Assembly (NCBI GenBank): GCA_041306485.1
Contig: JBFZFD010000089.1
Coordinates: forward strand, 1-33,808
Reading direction: 5' to 3'
Origin: Opitutia bacterium
Lineage (GTDB): Bacteria > Verrucomicrobiota > Verrucomicrobiia > Opitutales > UBA953
DNA length: 33,808 nt
The stretch's first letter is position 1. Each line of letters starts with the position of its first letter. This document shows, piece after piece, positions 26,035 through 33,808 of this stretch. Both the position numbers and the translations under genes were made by a program. The notes below the pieces were generated by a model. That model was not told the origin of the DNA. It made no database searches and was given only the letters and a program-made list of their open reading frames with translations.

Positions 26035-26433
26035 TCAGTTGCGACCTGGTTGGAAGGGCTCGAGGAAGGTCGCCTTAAAGTCGTAGACATTAGCGAAGTC
26101 CTCGTGCCGGTCGTCGTCGGACTTCCCGAACAAGCCGGTGTCGATCAGGTTGAACACAATGTTGCCGACGTCCGCGGTCTTGCGAATGCCCCAGTTATGC
26201 AGGAGCGGGTAGGTCATCGGGCCATAGGTATCGAGGCAGTGCTGGCGGAAACCTTCCAGTACCTGAGGCCCGGTGACATGCCGGCTGCGGGCGTTGGCCC
26301 GCGAGCCCTTCCGTGGCTCGCCATGGACGTTGCGCTGGGCGTGGTCGAGGGCCAGCCGGACAGCGTGGTAGGCTTGGGGCCGGTAGCGGGGGTCCTTAGC
26401 GACGCAGGAAAGGATTACCTCTTGGATATCCAT
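26035..26433 (-). CDS. conserved hypothetical protein, Minf_1886-like (Verrucomicrobia/Planctomycetes-restricted family)
   Basis: 132 aa. DPRYRPQAYHAVRLALDHAQ...HVTGPQVLEGFRQHCLDTYGPMTYPLLHNWGI...NLIDTGLFGKSDDD resembles that family from memory. Needs HMM confirmation. Confidence 0.6.
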   Translation of the reverse strand: MDIQEVILSCVAKDPRYRPQAYHAVRLALDHAQRNVHGEPRKGSRANARSRHVTGPQVLEGFRQHCLDTYGPMTYPLLHNWGIRKTADVGNIVFNLIDTGLFGKSDDDRHEDFANVYDFKATFLEPFQPGRN

Positions 26434-26478
26434 GCGCCATCAGTAGCCGACTGCGCGGGCCGTGGAAGGCAAAAACAC

Positions 26479-26604
26479 TCAGTGGCCATCGCGTATGACT
26501 GGGTCGGCGACCGGACAGAGCACGCGAAGCATCAGGTCGGAAAACGCGAAAAGCACGGCGGCAGCGAGCCAGAAGACAGCAAGGAAGCGGACGAGTTCAA
26601 ACAT
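26479..26604 (-). CDS. putative 41-aa single-pass membrane micro-protein (not in ORF track)
   Basis: Hand translation of the minus strand gives MFELVRFLAVFWLAAAVLFAFSDLMLRVLCPVADPVIRDGH-stop. About 70% G/C at third positions. Hydrophobic helix. It lies 45 nt upstream of the Minf_1886-like gene on the same strand. No obvious SD. Confidence 0.3.
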   Translation of the reverse strand: MFELVRFLAVFWLAAAVLFAFSDLMLRVLCPVADPVIRDGH

Positions 26605-26720
26605 GGACAATGATTTAGCCTGCAGGGGGTCGTACCCTCAGTCGATGACCGATACGAGGACTTTTCAACCCAGTGCCTTTGGTGACCACGCCGGACTTGC
26701 CGTCCATGCTATGATGACAC

Positions 26721-27518
26721 ATGCTCGGAGCCATCGCGGGAGATATCATCGGCTCGGTCCATGAGTTTAGCAGCAACAGTCGGGATGACTTCCCTCTCTT
26801 TCACCAGGACTGCTCACCGACCGACGACTCGCTGCTCACCTGCGGCATAGCCGAGGCCTGCCTCGCGGGGTCCACGGACTACCGCGCCCACCTACTCTCC
26901 GCCTTTCAGCGGGCCGAAGCCCGCACTACCCATCCACCCATCGGCCCGGGTTGGGGCACGGGCTTCCATGATTGGGCCTCCTCAGAGGCCGAGCCAGGAC
27001 GTACCTCTTTCGGCAACGGATCTGCCATGAGGGTATCCGCCATCGCCTGGGCCTATGACTCTGAAAAGGAGGTGCTCGGGCATGCCCGCCTCTCCGCCCT
27101 GCCCTCCCATGCTCATCCCGAGGGCATCAAGGGTTCCGAGTGCACCGCGCTGGCGATCTGGACGGCCCGACGCACGCGGGACCCTAAGGCTGTCCGCGCG
27201 GTAGCCGAGCGCTTCTATGGGAAGCTTCCTTCGCTTGCGGTCATCCGGAGAAAACACGTCTACAGCGAGACCTGCCAGGATTGCGTACCCGTCGCCATGG
27301 CCATCGCCGTGGGCACGGATAACTTTGAGCAATGCGTACGCCTCGCCTGCTCCATTCGGGGTGACGCTGACACCCTTGCCGCCATCGCCGGCTCTGTCAG
27401 CGAGGGCCTCTGGGGCTTGCCTGAGCCTATCGCGGCTGAAGCCATGGCGCGGTTACGTCGGTGGTATCCCTGGGCAGCAAGTCTGGCTGAGAGGGGTAAG
27501 TCCACCTGGCTTGCCTAG
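26721..27518 (+). CDS. ADP-ribosylglycohydrolase family protein
   Basis: MLGAIAGDIIGSVHEF N-terminus, SPTDDSLLT and RGDADTLAAIAGSV metal-binding motifs of the ARH/DraG fold. 265 aa. Confidence 0.88.
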   Translation: MLGAIAGDIIGSVHEFSSNSRDDFPLFHQDCSPTDDSLLTCGIAEACLAGSTDYRAHLLSAFQRAEARTTHPPIGPGWGTGFHDWASSEAEPGRTSFGNGSAMRVSAIAWAYDSEKEVLGHARLSALPSHAHPEGIKGSECTALAIWTARRTRDPKAVRAVAERFYGKLPSLAVIRRKHVYSETCQDCVPVAMAIAVGTDNFEQCVRLACSIRGDADTLAAIAGSVSEGLWGLPEPIAAEAMARLRRWYPWAASLAERGKSTWLA

Positions 27519-27561
27519 TCGGGAACACTGAGGGCTTCTCCAGGGTCAAAGGTACAACCCA

Positions 27562-29898
27562 ATGCCGCACCTCCGCCGGCTGCTCCCCATCCTTGGCCTG
27601 TTCCTGCCCCTCGCCCTGCCAGGACAGGATGCGCAGCGTCTACTGTCCGCCTGCAATGTCGAATGGACCACACCCTCTCGGGGTCCCGCCGATAGCATGC
27701 CCCTGCCGGGGGCCAGCGGCGCGGGGGCCAATGTCTGGTTCTCTGGGGGCGAGCTTCGACTCTACCTCTCCCACAATGGCGCGTATGATGAAGACGAGGT
27801 CCTTCGTAAGCTGGGCTCCCTCCGCCTCCGTCTGGATGGCGCAGATTTCACCACACCCAAGTCTTTCTCGCAGGAGCTGCTTCTCGCCACCGGAACATTG
27901 GTCGTCAAGGCGACGGCTGCCGACGGCACCACTCTCGAACATCGACTCTGGTTTAGCGGCGAGACGCTCGTCATAGAGACGAAGTCCTCCAAGCCACTAG
28001 CGTTGGAGGTGGGCTATGGTAACTGGCGCGCCAACCCCGCAGCTCGTGGCGATGACCAAGTCAAGTTGGAGGATGGCGCCCTCACCTACATGCATCGCAA
28101 TGCTACGGCGCGCCGTAGCCGCCGCCTTGCCGACGAGCAAGGCATGGACCTAGCGAAGATTCCTTTGGCTGCGGCCGGCCGCGTATACGGTTGCTCCCTC
28201 GTCGGCCGCGATGGCCTAGCTTGGCAACGTCCCCGCGAGTCTCGTGGGCCTTCCTGGCAGGGTCATGAGTGGGTCGCCCTCACCCCCGTCGGAAGGCAGC
28301 AACTGCTGGCCGTCACCATGGGCGCCGGAAATAAGGTCAATCCCGACGATTGGGTGTCCCGGTCCCGCGCGATTGTGGACCCCGTTTTCACTCCATCCAT
28401 TCGTAAGACCGCCGAGCTTCGCTGGGAAACCTTTTGGTCAAACTCCTATGTCTTCATCCAGCCAAAGGCCGGGGCGAAAGATCCCGGGTTCCAAGTCGGC
28501 CGCAACTACCAGCTGTCACGCTTCATGGACGCCGCCAACCAGCGCGGTGAATTTCCGCTTCGACCCAACGGGGGCATCTTCACGGTGGATGCGCCCGCAT
28601 TGATTACCGCAAAAGACCTAGACAATCCCGAGCGCGGAAAGCCCGTGCCGAGCAACCCTGACTGGCGAAGAGGCGGATCCTTCGTCGGTCAATCTCTGCG
28701 TTGGGTCGGCTGGCCGCACATCGCAGGGGGCGACCTTGACCTACTCGAGCCCTTGCTGAAATTTTACCGCAACGGCCTGCCCCTTGCCCAGGCGAGGGCT
28801 AAGGCGCTGGGGGCTGAGGGTGCGGTCTATCCGGAGCATCTCTCGCTTTCCGGCCTGACCGAGGGAGGCGCGCTGGTCGGTGGGCTCGCGCGACAGCCCC
28901 AGCTCAGCCACCATTTTAGTTCGGGCTTCGAGCACGCTTGGATGGCGATTGTAGCAAGCCAAGTCGGAGGGCGCGACCTGCGCCCCGATCTTCCCTGGAT
29001 TCTCGGGCAGCTGCGTTTCGTCGATACCTTCTATCGCGTCTCCGTTCAGCCACCCGCCTCCTCTGGTCCAAAGAGCGGAGGCGAGGGCAATGCTCTCTTG
29101 CCCAAGCTCAACCTTCATCCCGCCAATGCTCTCGAGGTGGCCGCGGGCGCGAACAACCCGGCTGAGCTGGTCGCCGCACTCCATGCCATTATCCCCGCCT
29201 TGCTGGACAGGAGCGACGTGGGGGAGAAGGAAAAGGCAACGCTGCGTACCCTCGAAGCGAAGCTTCCCGCTCTGCCACTGACACGACGCGGGGGCGTACA
29301 GGTCCTCGCCTTGGCCGAGCGCTGGAGTCGTTTGCATGATGCCCAGCAGACGCCCGAGCTCCATGCCCTCTGGCCCTACCGGCTGGTGGGCCGGCCCCTA
29401 CCGGATTCCCAAGGCCTTGCCTTGGCGACATGGGAGAAGGCAGAGCTTGGGTGGGGTGAACGTGAGCGTAAACCGGGGCGACGTTCCGACTTCTCGGGCA
29501 GCGCTTCCCTGGCCTATGCAGCCAACCTAAGCCTCGTTGAGGAATGCGCCTCGCGTGCGGTGGCTAAGCTCGGTGACGCTGGTGCCAGCGCGCGCTTCAC
29601 AGCCTTCCGTGGCCCTGGCAATGAATGGATCCCCGACTTAACCTGGTCGGGTAGCGGGCGTCTCGGTGTGCAAGAGATGCTTCTCCACTGCGAGCCCAGC
29701 AACAAGGGACGGATCCTGCTGCTGCCCTCGTGGCCCAAGGGCTGGGATGTCACCTTCCGCCTGCGTGCCCCTGGCAACACACGGATCACCTGTGTGGTCG
29801 AATCCGGGAAGATTGAGCGCCTCATCATCGACCCGCCGGACCGAAGTGAGCAGGTCGTGGTTGGCGAAGGTTGGCAACTCCCCGACCTCTCCCGCTAG
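27562..29898 (+). CDS. secreted DUF5703-like protein, putative glycoside hydrolase
   Basis: Signal peptide MPHLRRLLPILGLFLPLALPG. The N-terminal NVEWTTPSRGPADSMPLPG...ANVWFSGGELRLYLSHNGAYDEDEVLRKLGSLRLRL resembles the DUF5703 N-terminal domain of Bacteroidota/PVC proteins. 778 aa. The coding call is strong, the function weak. Confidence 0.65.
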   Translation: MPHLRRLLPILGLFLPLALPGQDAQRLLSACNVEWTTPSRGPADSMPLPGASGAGANVWFSGGELRLYLSHNGAYDEDEVLRKLGSLRLRLDGADFTTPKSFSQELLLATGTLVVKATAADGTTLEHRLWFSGETLVIETKSSKPLALEVGYGNWRANPAARGDDQVKLEDGALTYMHRNATARRSRRLADEQGMDLAKIPLAAAGRVYGCSLVGRDGLAWQRPRESRGPSWQGHEWVALTPVGRQQLLAVTMGAGNKVNPDDWVSRSRAIVDPVFTPSIRKTAELRWETFWSNSYVFIQPKAGAKDPGFQVGRNYQLSRFMDAANQRGEFPLRPNGGIFTVDAPALITAKDLDNPERGKPVPSNPDWRRGGSFVGQSLRWVGWPHIAGGDLDLLEPLLKFYRNGLPLAQARAKALGAEGAVYPEHLSLSGLTEGGALVGGLARQPQLSHHFSSGFEHAWMAIVASQVGGRDLRPDLPWILGQLRFVDTFYRVSVQPPASSGPKSGGEGNALLPKLNLHPANALEVAAGANNPAELVAALHAIIPALLDRSDVGEKEKATLRTLEAKLPALPLTRRGGVQVLALAERWSRLHDAQQTPELHALWPYRLVGRPLPDSQGLALATWEKAELGWGERERKPGRRSDFSGSASLAYAANLSLVEECASRAVAKLGDAGASARFTAFRGPGNEWIPDLTWSGSGRLGVQEMLLHCEPSNKGRILLLPSWPKGWDVTFRLRAPGNTRITCVVESGKIERLIIDPPDRSEQVVVGEGWQLPDLSR

Positions 29899-31418
29899 AC
29901 TCGGTCCCAGCGTTCGAGTTGGCAGGTGAATCCACCCATATCGACCGGCTCCGAGCTGACCTGCTTGAGACGGGGATCGACTTCCTCGACCTTGAGGGGG
30001 GTCGTAAAGACGAGCCTGCCACCGGGGCGCAGGACATCGGCGGAGACCCTCAGGAACTCCCGGTAAAGTGCGCGGAGATCGTCGACCTCGATGCGTCGTC
30101 CCATGGGAGGATTGGAGATGACGAGGGTGACCTCGCCCTTGCCTAGGCCAGCGACGCGCTCGTGATGTCGGAAGTCGGAGGCGACGAAATGGCCGCGGGT
30201 ACTGGAGAGAGCGGCTGCGCCGAAATTACCACGCGAAACCTCCACCGCACGGGCATCGAGGTCGGTCCCGATAACCAAGGTGACTCCACCGAGGCGGGCC
30301 CTCTCGATCAACTCCTGACCGGAACCGCAGAAGGGATCCCAGGCGACCTCGCCGGGGAAGGGACCAGCTAGGCGGGCCAAGGCCGCGGCGAGGGGAGGAT
30401 GGGAGGCGGCGGGGACATCGCCCAGACGATGGGTGAATCGGGGATCAGGCGAGAGGCGGGGACGTAGCTCAACCCGGGCACCATCCTCCATAGGGACGAT
30501 GTCAATCGACCAAGGAGCCTCGCGCGAGTCATTGAGGAAGGCAGGGTTCAGCCGATAGGCGTCCGCAGCGATGGCGTGGAGGAGGTCGGTTTCACCGAAC
30601 TCGGGATCCAGATCGATGCGATAGCGCGGGGCACCTTCCCCGAAGGCCTCGAGGATGGCGCGGCAGCGAGGGGAGGCGATGGCCTGGGCGATGGGTGCGA
30701 CGGCTGCCTCCTCGCTGCGGGCGCGGATTTCGCCGAGGAGGAAACCAATGTCGGACCAGATACGAAGCTTGAGGAGGTCGGAGAAAGCCAGCGCCTCCTT
30801 CGGCCGGATGTCCACCCAAGCAGTACCGCGCCCGAGGACTTCCATCTGAGAGGGCACGACCTCCGCAATCTCAGCGGCGAGCAACCGCTCAAGGCCGGCG
30901 CGACAATGTAGCCTGACACGGACATCGGCTGGGGCGCGCAAGATACCGTCGGCCTTGATCTTTCCGGGAGCCGAGCGGCGGGCAGCACGCGCACGGAGAG
31001 CCGATTCCGCAAAAGGAAGTGAACGCGCGGTCGAGGAATCAAGGGTGGCCTGACCACCGACCTTGCCGAGAGCCTCGGTCATGGCCTTGCGCTCGCGGTC
31101 GGTCTTGGCATCGGCCAGGCTGTCGAGCAGCCCTGCCTCGGCCAGCAAATCGTCGCCCAGTTTAGGCAAAGCAGCCGCAGCATAGCGGCGAATCTTCTCA
31201 GAGGGATCTTTCAGTAGTCCCTTGATCCAGGCGCGGGCCTCGGACTTCTGCTCCTCGGTACCTCGCTCCGAAAAGACCACGCCGACGGCGCGCACCACGG
31301 CCGCGCGGCGCGAGCGCTCAGGCTCCTCGAGCTTAGCCAGCGAGGCCACATCCTCGACCCATAGCACGGCGCAGTCTTTCTTGCGCAATCTGCGGTAGAG
31401 CTCGTTGTCAGCCTTCAT
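29895..31418 (-). CDS. HEAT-like repeat / THUMP-like / class I SAM-dependent (UPF0020-type) RNA methyltransferase fusion
   Basis: C-terminal domain with SAM motif I DPFCGSGQELIE and motif IV VISNPPMGRR. The middle region (LHCRAGLERLLAAEI...LKLRIWSDIGFLLGEI) resembles the RlmL/Trm14 N-terminal + THUMP module. The N-terminal ~120 aa have degenerate HEAT/PBS-lyase-like repeats (KIRRYAAAALPKLGDD, RKAMTEALGKVGG). Confidence 0.8.
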   Translation of the reverse strand: MKADNELYRRLRKKDCAVLWVEDVASLAKLEEPERSRRAAVVRAVGVVFSERGTEEQKSEARAWIKGLLKDPSEKIRRYAAAALPKLGDDLLAEAGLLDSLADAKTDRERKAMTEALGKVGGQATLDSSTARSLPFAESALRARAARRSAPGKIKADGILRAPADVRVRLHCRAGLERLLAAEIAEVVPSQMEVLGRGTAWVDIRPKEALAFSDLLKLRIWSDIGFLLGEIRARSEEAAVAPIAQAIASPRCRAILEAFGEGAPRYRIDLDPEFGETDLLHAIAADAYRLNPAFLNDSREAPWSIDIVPMEDGARVELRPRLSPDPRFTHRLGDVPAASHPPLAAALARLAGPFPGEVAWDPFCGSGQELIERARLGGVTLVIGTDLDARAVEVSRGNFGAAALSSTRGHFVASDFRHHERVAGLGKGEVTLVISNPPMGRRIEVDDLRALYREFLRVSADVLRPGGRLVFTTPLKVEEVDPRLKQVSSEPVDMGGFTCQLERWDRV

Positions 31419-31646
31419 GCCGCCATACAGACCGATTGGACCCCCGGGGGGAAGGCTGAACCTTATCAGGCCCCCTTTCCTCCGCCTCGGTCAGGAAACC
31501 CTTGTGCATTGGACCGAAGACCAACTTCTCCATGGTGTAGAGCCCCGGCTCGTCATCCGAGGGGTAACATCCCTTCCATGATGCATCTGCTATCAAGCGA
31601 GTCACGGCAGCTTAGATGGCCGAACGGTGACGTATAGCAGTGGGAA

Positions 31647-32084
31647 TTAACCAGCGAGGCTGAGCCTCACGCCGAGAAAATACAGCAGCCAGGCGAGCAG
31701 CGAGACGACGAGTACAACGAGCAGCGCAAATCGAGCTGGGCCCGTGACCCAAGAGAGCGCGACAGGGTGCCACTTCATGCCGCGGTCGAAGTCGTGCTCG
31801 CCGGCGAGGTAGGCGGAGAATACCTGTTCGGCCGCGGTGACCGGGAGCTGGGACCGTGAACGGAAATAGCCCCTGCCCTGTCCCTTGCCCTTGGCAATTT
31901 TGAGCATGCCTGGGTCGCGCCCGGAACGCGCGGAGAGGAACTCGCCGTCACCTCGGTCGAGTCGTAACGTTCCCTCCTGTCCGCCGGCCATCGCCCTAAG
32001 CGCGGTGAGGAGCTCGCTCTCGGAAGGATTGGTGATGTCGGTAGACTCGGTAGTCAGCCGGCAGCTAGGGCGGGAGTTTCTCAC
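31647..32084 (-). CDS. hypothetical protein with C-terminal transmembrane anchor
   Basis: ORF 31647..32321. A GC3-rich coding signal is convincing only from about ITNPSESELL onward. C-terminal helix FALLVVLVVSLLAWLLYFLGV. GTG at 32084 is proposed. Alternative ATGs are 32195 and 31991. Confidence 0.5.
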   Translation of the reverse strand: MRNSRPSCRLTTESTDITNPSESELLTALRAMAGGQEGTLRLDRGDGEFLSARSGRDPGMLKIAKGKGQGRGYFRSRSQLPVTAAEQVFSAYLAGEHDFDRGMKWHPVALSWVTGPARFALLVVLVVSLLAWLLYFLGVRLSLAG

Positions 32085-32175
32085 GGAGTGGCTAAACAAA
32101 TCGACATCGCCCTTGTCCGACAAACCCAATCGCTGACCACAGGGTGCCCTTGACCCTGACCCCAGCGCTGTCAGG

Positions 32176-32565
32176 ATGTCTCTTAGCGATCGCATGCGAC
32201 ATCTCCTCCTCTTCCCCCTCGCCCTCGTGGTGGCGGCCTGCTGCCCGGACAACGCCTTGCCGCCCTTCACCGCCCAGGAGGTCGTCGAATGGGCTGACCT
32301 CGACAACACCCTCGGCGGCAAGGAACTCCCGCTCTACGGAAAAGCGGATGGCTTAGCCGTCCTTGGCACGCGCGTGCTCGCCCTCGACGGAGAGGGGCTA
32401 CACCGATTCCTCAAGGCTCACGGCTACGCCGGTCATGGCCGCCCCCTGCGGATGCGACGGGCTGGGCCAGGCACCCTAGAGGTTGAGTTGGAAATCAAAG
32501 GTAAGGATGGCGCGCGTTTCCGTCTTATTCTGAGGTCGGACGGTGGTCCCCAGGGCGAGGGCTAA
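32176..32565 (+). CDS. hypothetical small lipoprotein
   Basis: MSLSDRMRHLLLFPLALVVAACC: signal peptide with a lipobox-like VAAC. 129 aa. Alternative ATG at 32194. No family recognised. Confidence 0.5.
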   Translation: MSLSDRMRHLLLFPLALVVAACCPDNALPPFTAQEVVEWADLDNTLGGKELPLYGKADGLAVLGTRVLALDGEGLHRFLKAHGYAGHGRPLRMRRAGPGTLEVELEIKGKDGARFRLILRSDGGPQGEG

Positions 32566-32630
32566 GAGCTATTCACCTCGGGCGTAGGTGTCAGGCAGGG
32601 AGCAATTTACCCTAGCGATGGATACCGGTG

Positions 32631-32705
<75 letters not shown>

Positions 32706-32821
32706 AACCAGTGAGTCCGACTCTACACGGCAGGACAGGCTTCCTAGCAAGGAAATAAGGGTCGTGCGAACCTTGCGCATTCCCCTTTGCCTCTGGGTAG
32801 AGTGAAGACATCATTCATGGC

Positions 32822-33352
32822 ATGTCCACTCGCCCGCCCGGCCTGATTGAGGTTCGCCTCAACCAATCAAGCCAGCTCTTCAACTCGATGGACCCCTCGC
32901 CCTTCCACGAGCGCGACTTGGACCATGCTGCCGAGCAGTTCATCGTCAGCTGGGCCCGAGAAGTCCCCTCTCACCAAGCCCTGAGCATCCGGGTGACCCT
33001 CAGGGAATGCCAGGACCCGAGCCTCATCGGCTTGATCCAGGATTCCATGCACAATTACTTCGCGCTGCGCTCGGACCAGCTCGGCCGCGAGCTCCGTGTC
33101 CTTCTGGCCGAAGGCAGGACCACCCTTGTCATTGGGCTGGGCTTCCTTGGGTTGACCTTCGCCCTCGGTCGATTGCTTCCGGCGGAGGCGGCATGGGCCT
33201 CTTATGTCCGAGAGGGCCTGCAAATCTGCGGCTGGGTCGGCATGTGGCGTCCCATCGAGATTCATCTCTACCGATGGTGGCCCATCCGGCGCGAAGCTCA
33301 GCTCCATCGCCGATTGTCCAAGGCCCCCGTCGAAGTAGTAGTAGCGCCTTGA
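32822..33352 (+). CDS. conserved hypothetical membrane protein (soluble N-domain + two predicted TM helices)
   Basis: 176 aa. QLFNSMDPSPFHERDLDHAAEQFIVSWARE N-domain, then the hydrophobic segments TTLVIGLGFLGLTFALGRLL and GLQICGWVGMW. Good GC3. No family name recalled. Confidence 0.6.
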   Translation: MSTRPPGLIEVRLNQSSQLFNSMDPSPFHERDLDHAAEQFIVSWAREVPSHQALSIRVTLRECQDPSLIGLIQDSMHNYFALRSDQLGRELRVLLAEGRTTLVIGLGFLGLTFALGRLLPAEAAWASYVREGLQICGWVGMWRPIEIHLYRWWPIRREAQLHRRLSKAPVEVVVAP

Positions 33353-33808
33353 TTAGCGAGGGACGGTGCCGAAGCCCGACGGGCGGAACACCACCTCGGG
33401 ATCAAAGTAAGGCACATACCCATGGGGCGCGCTCTGCGCCCGGATCAGCTCTTGGACCTCGGGGGTGCAGGGTCCTACTTGGAAGACCGGAGGGATGCCT
33501 CCGGGCGGAAGCTTACCACCCTTTTTGTGCCACTCCGCACCCTTCCAGTCGAGAAAGAGGCCGCAGGCGTAAATCCCGCCAGACTCTCCGAGGATGATGG
33601 TGATTTCCACCGGGTCACCCTTGCGAAGGCTAAACCAGTCGCCCCAGATATTGGTGCCATTGAAGGTCTTCACATTGCCGGTTAGCGAGCCGGGGATGGG
33701 AGCCGTAGAGGGAGTCCACTTCGTGTAGTAGGCGGAAGGAGGAGCATGGTGGATGTAGCGACGGCTCCCGTCGAAGACCAGCTTGCCATCGACCAGCACG
33801 ACGATGAC
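33353..33808 (-). CDS. hypothetical protein, 3' part only (possibly PA14-like beta-barrel domain); continues beyond window end
   Basis: The frame is open to the window edge (VIVVLVDGKLVFDG...). The DGKLVFDG and LRKGDPVEITIILGESGG patterns are reminiscent of PA14-type domains. The track start at 33799 is an internal GTG. Confidence 0.55.
   Translation of the reverse strand, partial: VIVVLVDGKLVFDGSRRYIHHAPPSAYYTKWTPSTAPIPGSLTGNVKTFNGTNIWGDWFSLRKGDPVEITIILGESGGIYACGLFLDWKGAEWHKKGGKLPPGGIPPVFQVGPCTPEVQELIRAQSAPHGYVPYFDPEVVFRPSGFGTVPR

Noticed and set aside
26462-26764. 100-aa plus-strand ORF upstream of and overlapping the ADP-ribosylglycohydrolase start
   Set aside because: It is out of frame with the ARH gene and its composition is Ser/Thr/Arg-rich and implausible. 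It also overlaps the better-supported minus-strand micro-ORF.
26721-27518. ADP-ribosylglycohydrolase as the antitoxin or reversal half of a DarTG-like or other ADP-ribosylation toxin/defence system
   Set aside because: There is no adjacent transferase or toxin ORF and no macrodomain. The neighbours are a secreted DUF5703-like protein and a divergent micro-ORF. There is no support from the sequence.
31441-31450. CCCCCGGGGG 10-nt palindrome (and GATGCATC at 31579-31586) in the spacer upstream of the methyltransferase gene
   Set aside because: These are short, isolated palindromes expected by chance in GC-rich DNA. There is no flanking repeat structure or U-tract to suggest a terminator or mobile-element end.
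31408-31605. 65-aa minus-strand ORF (GTG start) overlapping the methyltransferase start by 11 nt
   Set aside because: Third-position GC is mixed, there is no motif, the start is non-ATG, and it overlaps a well-supported ATG. It is probably non-coding 5' leader. It is retained only as part of the unexplained spacer noted in the findings.

Overview
This is a high-GC bacterial chromosomal segment, roughly 65% GC by hand counts on a few lines. The gene content, including a Minf_1886-like conserved hypothetical typical of Verrucomicrobia/Planctomycetes, suggests a PVC-group (Verrucomicrobiota-like) organism. I count about 33 tightly packed protein genes on both strands plus one tRNA-Pro(CGG). Most are housekeeping: mutS, hisC, speA, murJ, hisS, an HU/IHF protein, yicC, trpB, uppP, an AmiD-like amidase and a SMUG1-type uracil-DNA glycosylase. 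The one clear accessory-like unit is a DeoR-linked five-gene deoxy-sugar (rhamnose/fucose-type) catabolic operon on the minus strand (11145-18017), and its enzyme set is unusual. I found no CRISPR array, transposase, integrase, phage gene, recognisable defence gene or long repeat, so I do not see an obvious mobile or defence system. This looks like ordinary core chromosome. The items most worth follow-up are: (1) the non-canonical sugar operon with a FucI-like isomerase; (2) a HEAT-THUMP-methyltransferase fusion; (3) the uncharacterised genes next to tRNA-Pro; (4) a double-CDGSH / flavin-reductase redox pair in which the reductase gene is a compositional outlier; (5) a Minf_1886-like gene preceded by an untracked 41-codon membrane micro-ORF. 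All family calls come from recognising motifs by eye in the supplied translations. No searches were run, and start codons are often ambiguous because GTG/TTG starts and N-terminal ORF extensions are common here. The many long antisense ORFs in the track are GC-driven shadow frames.
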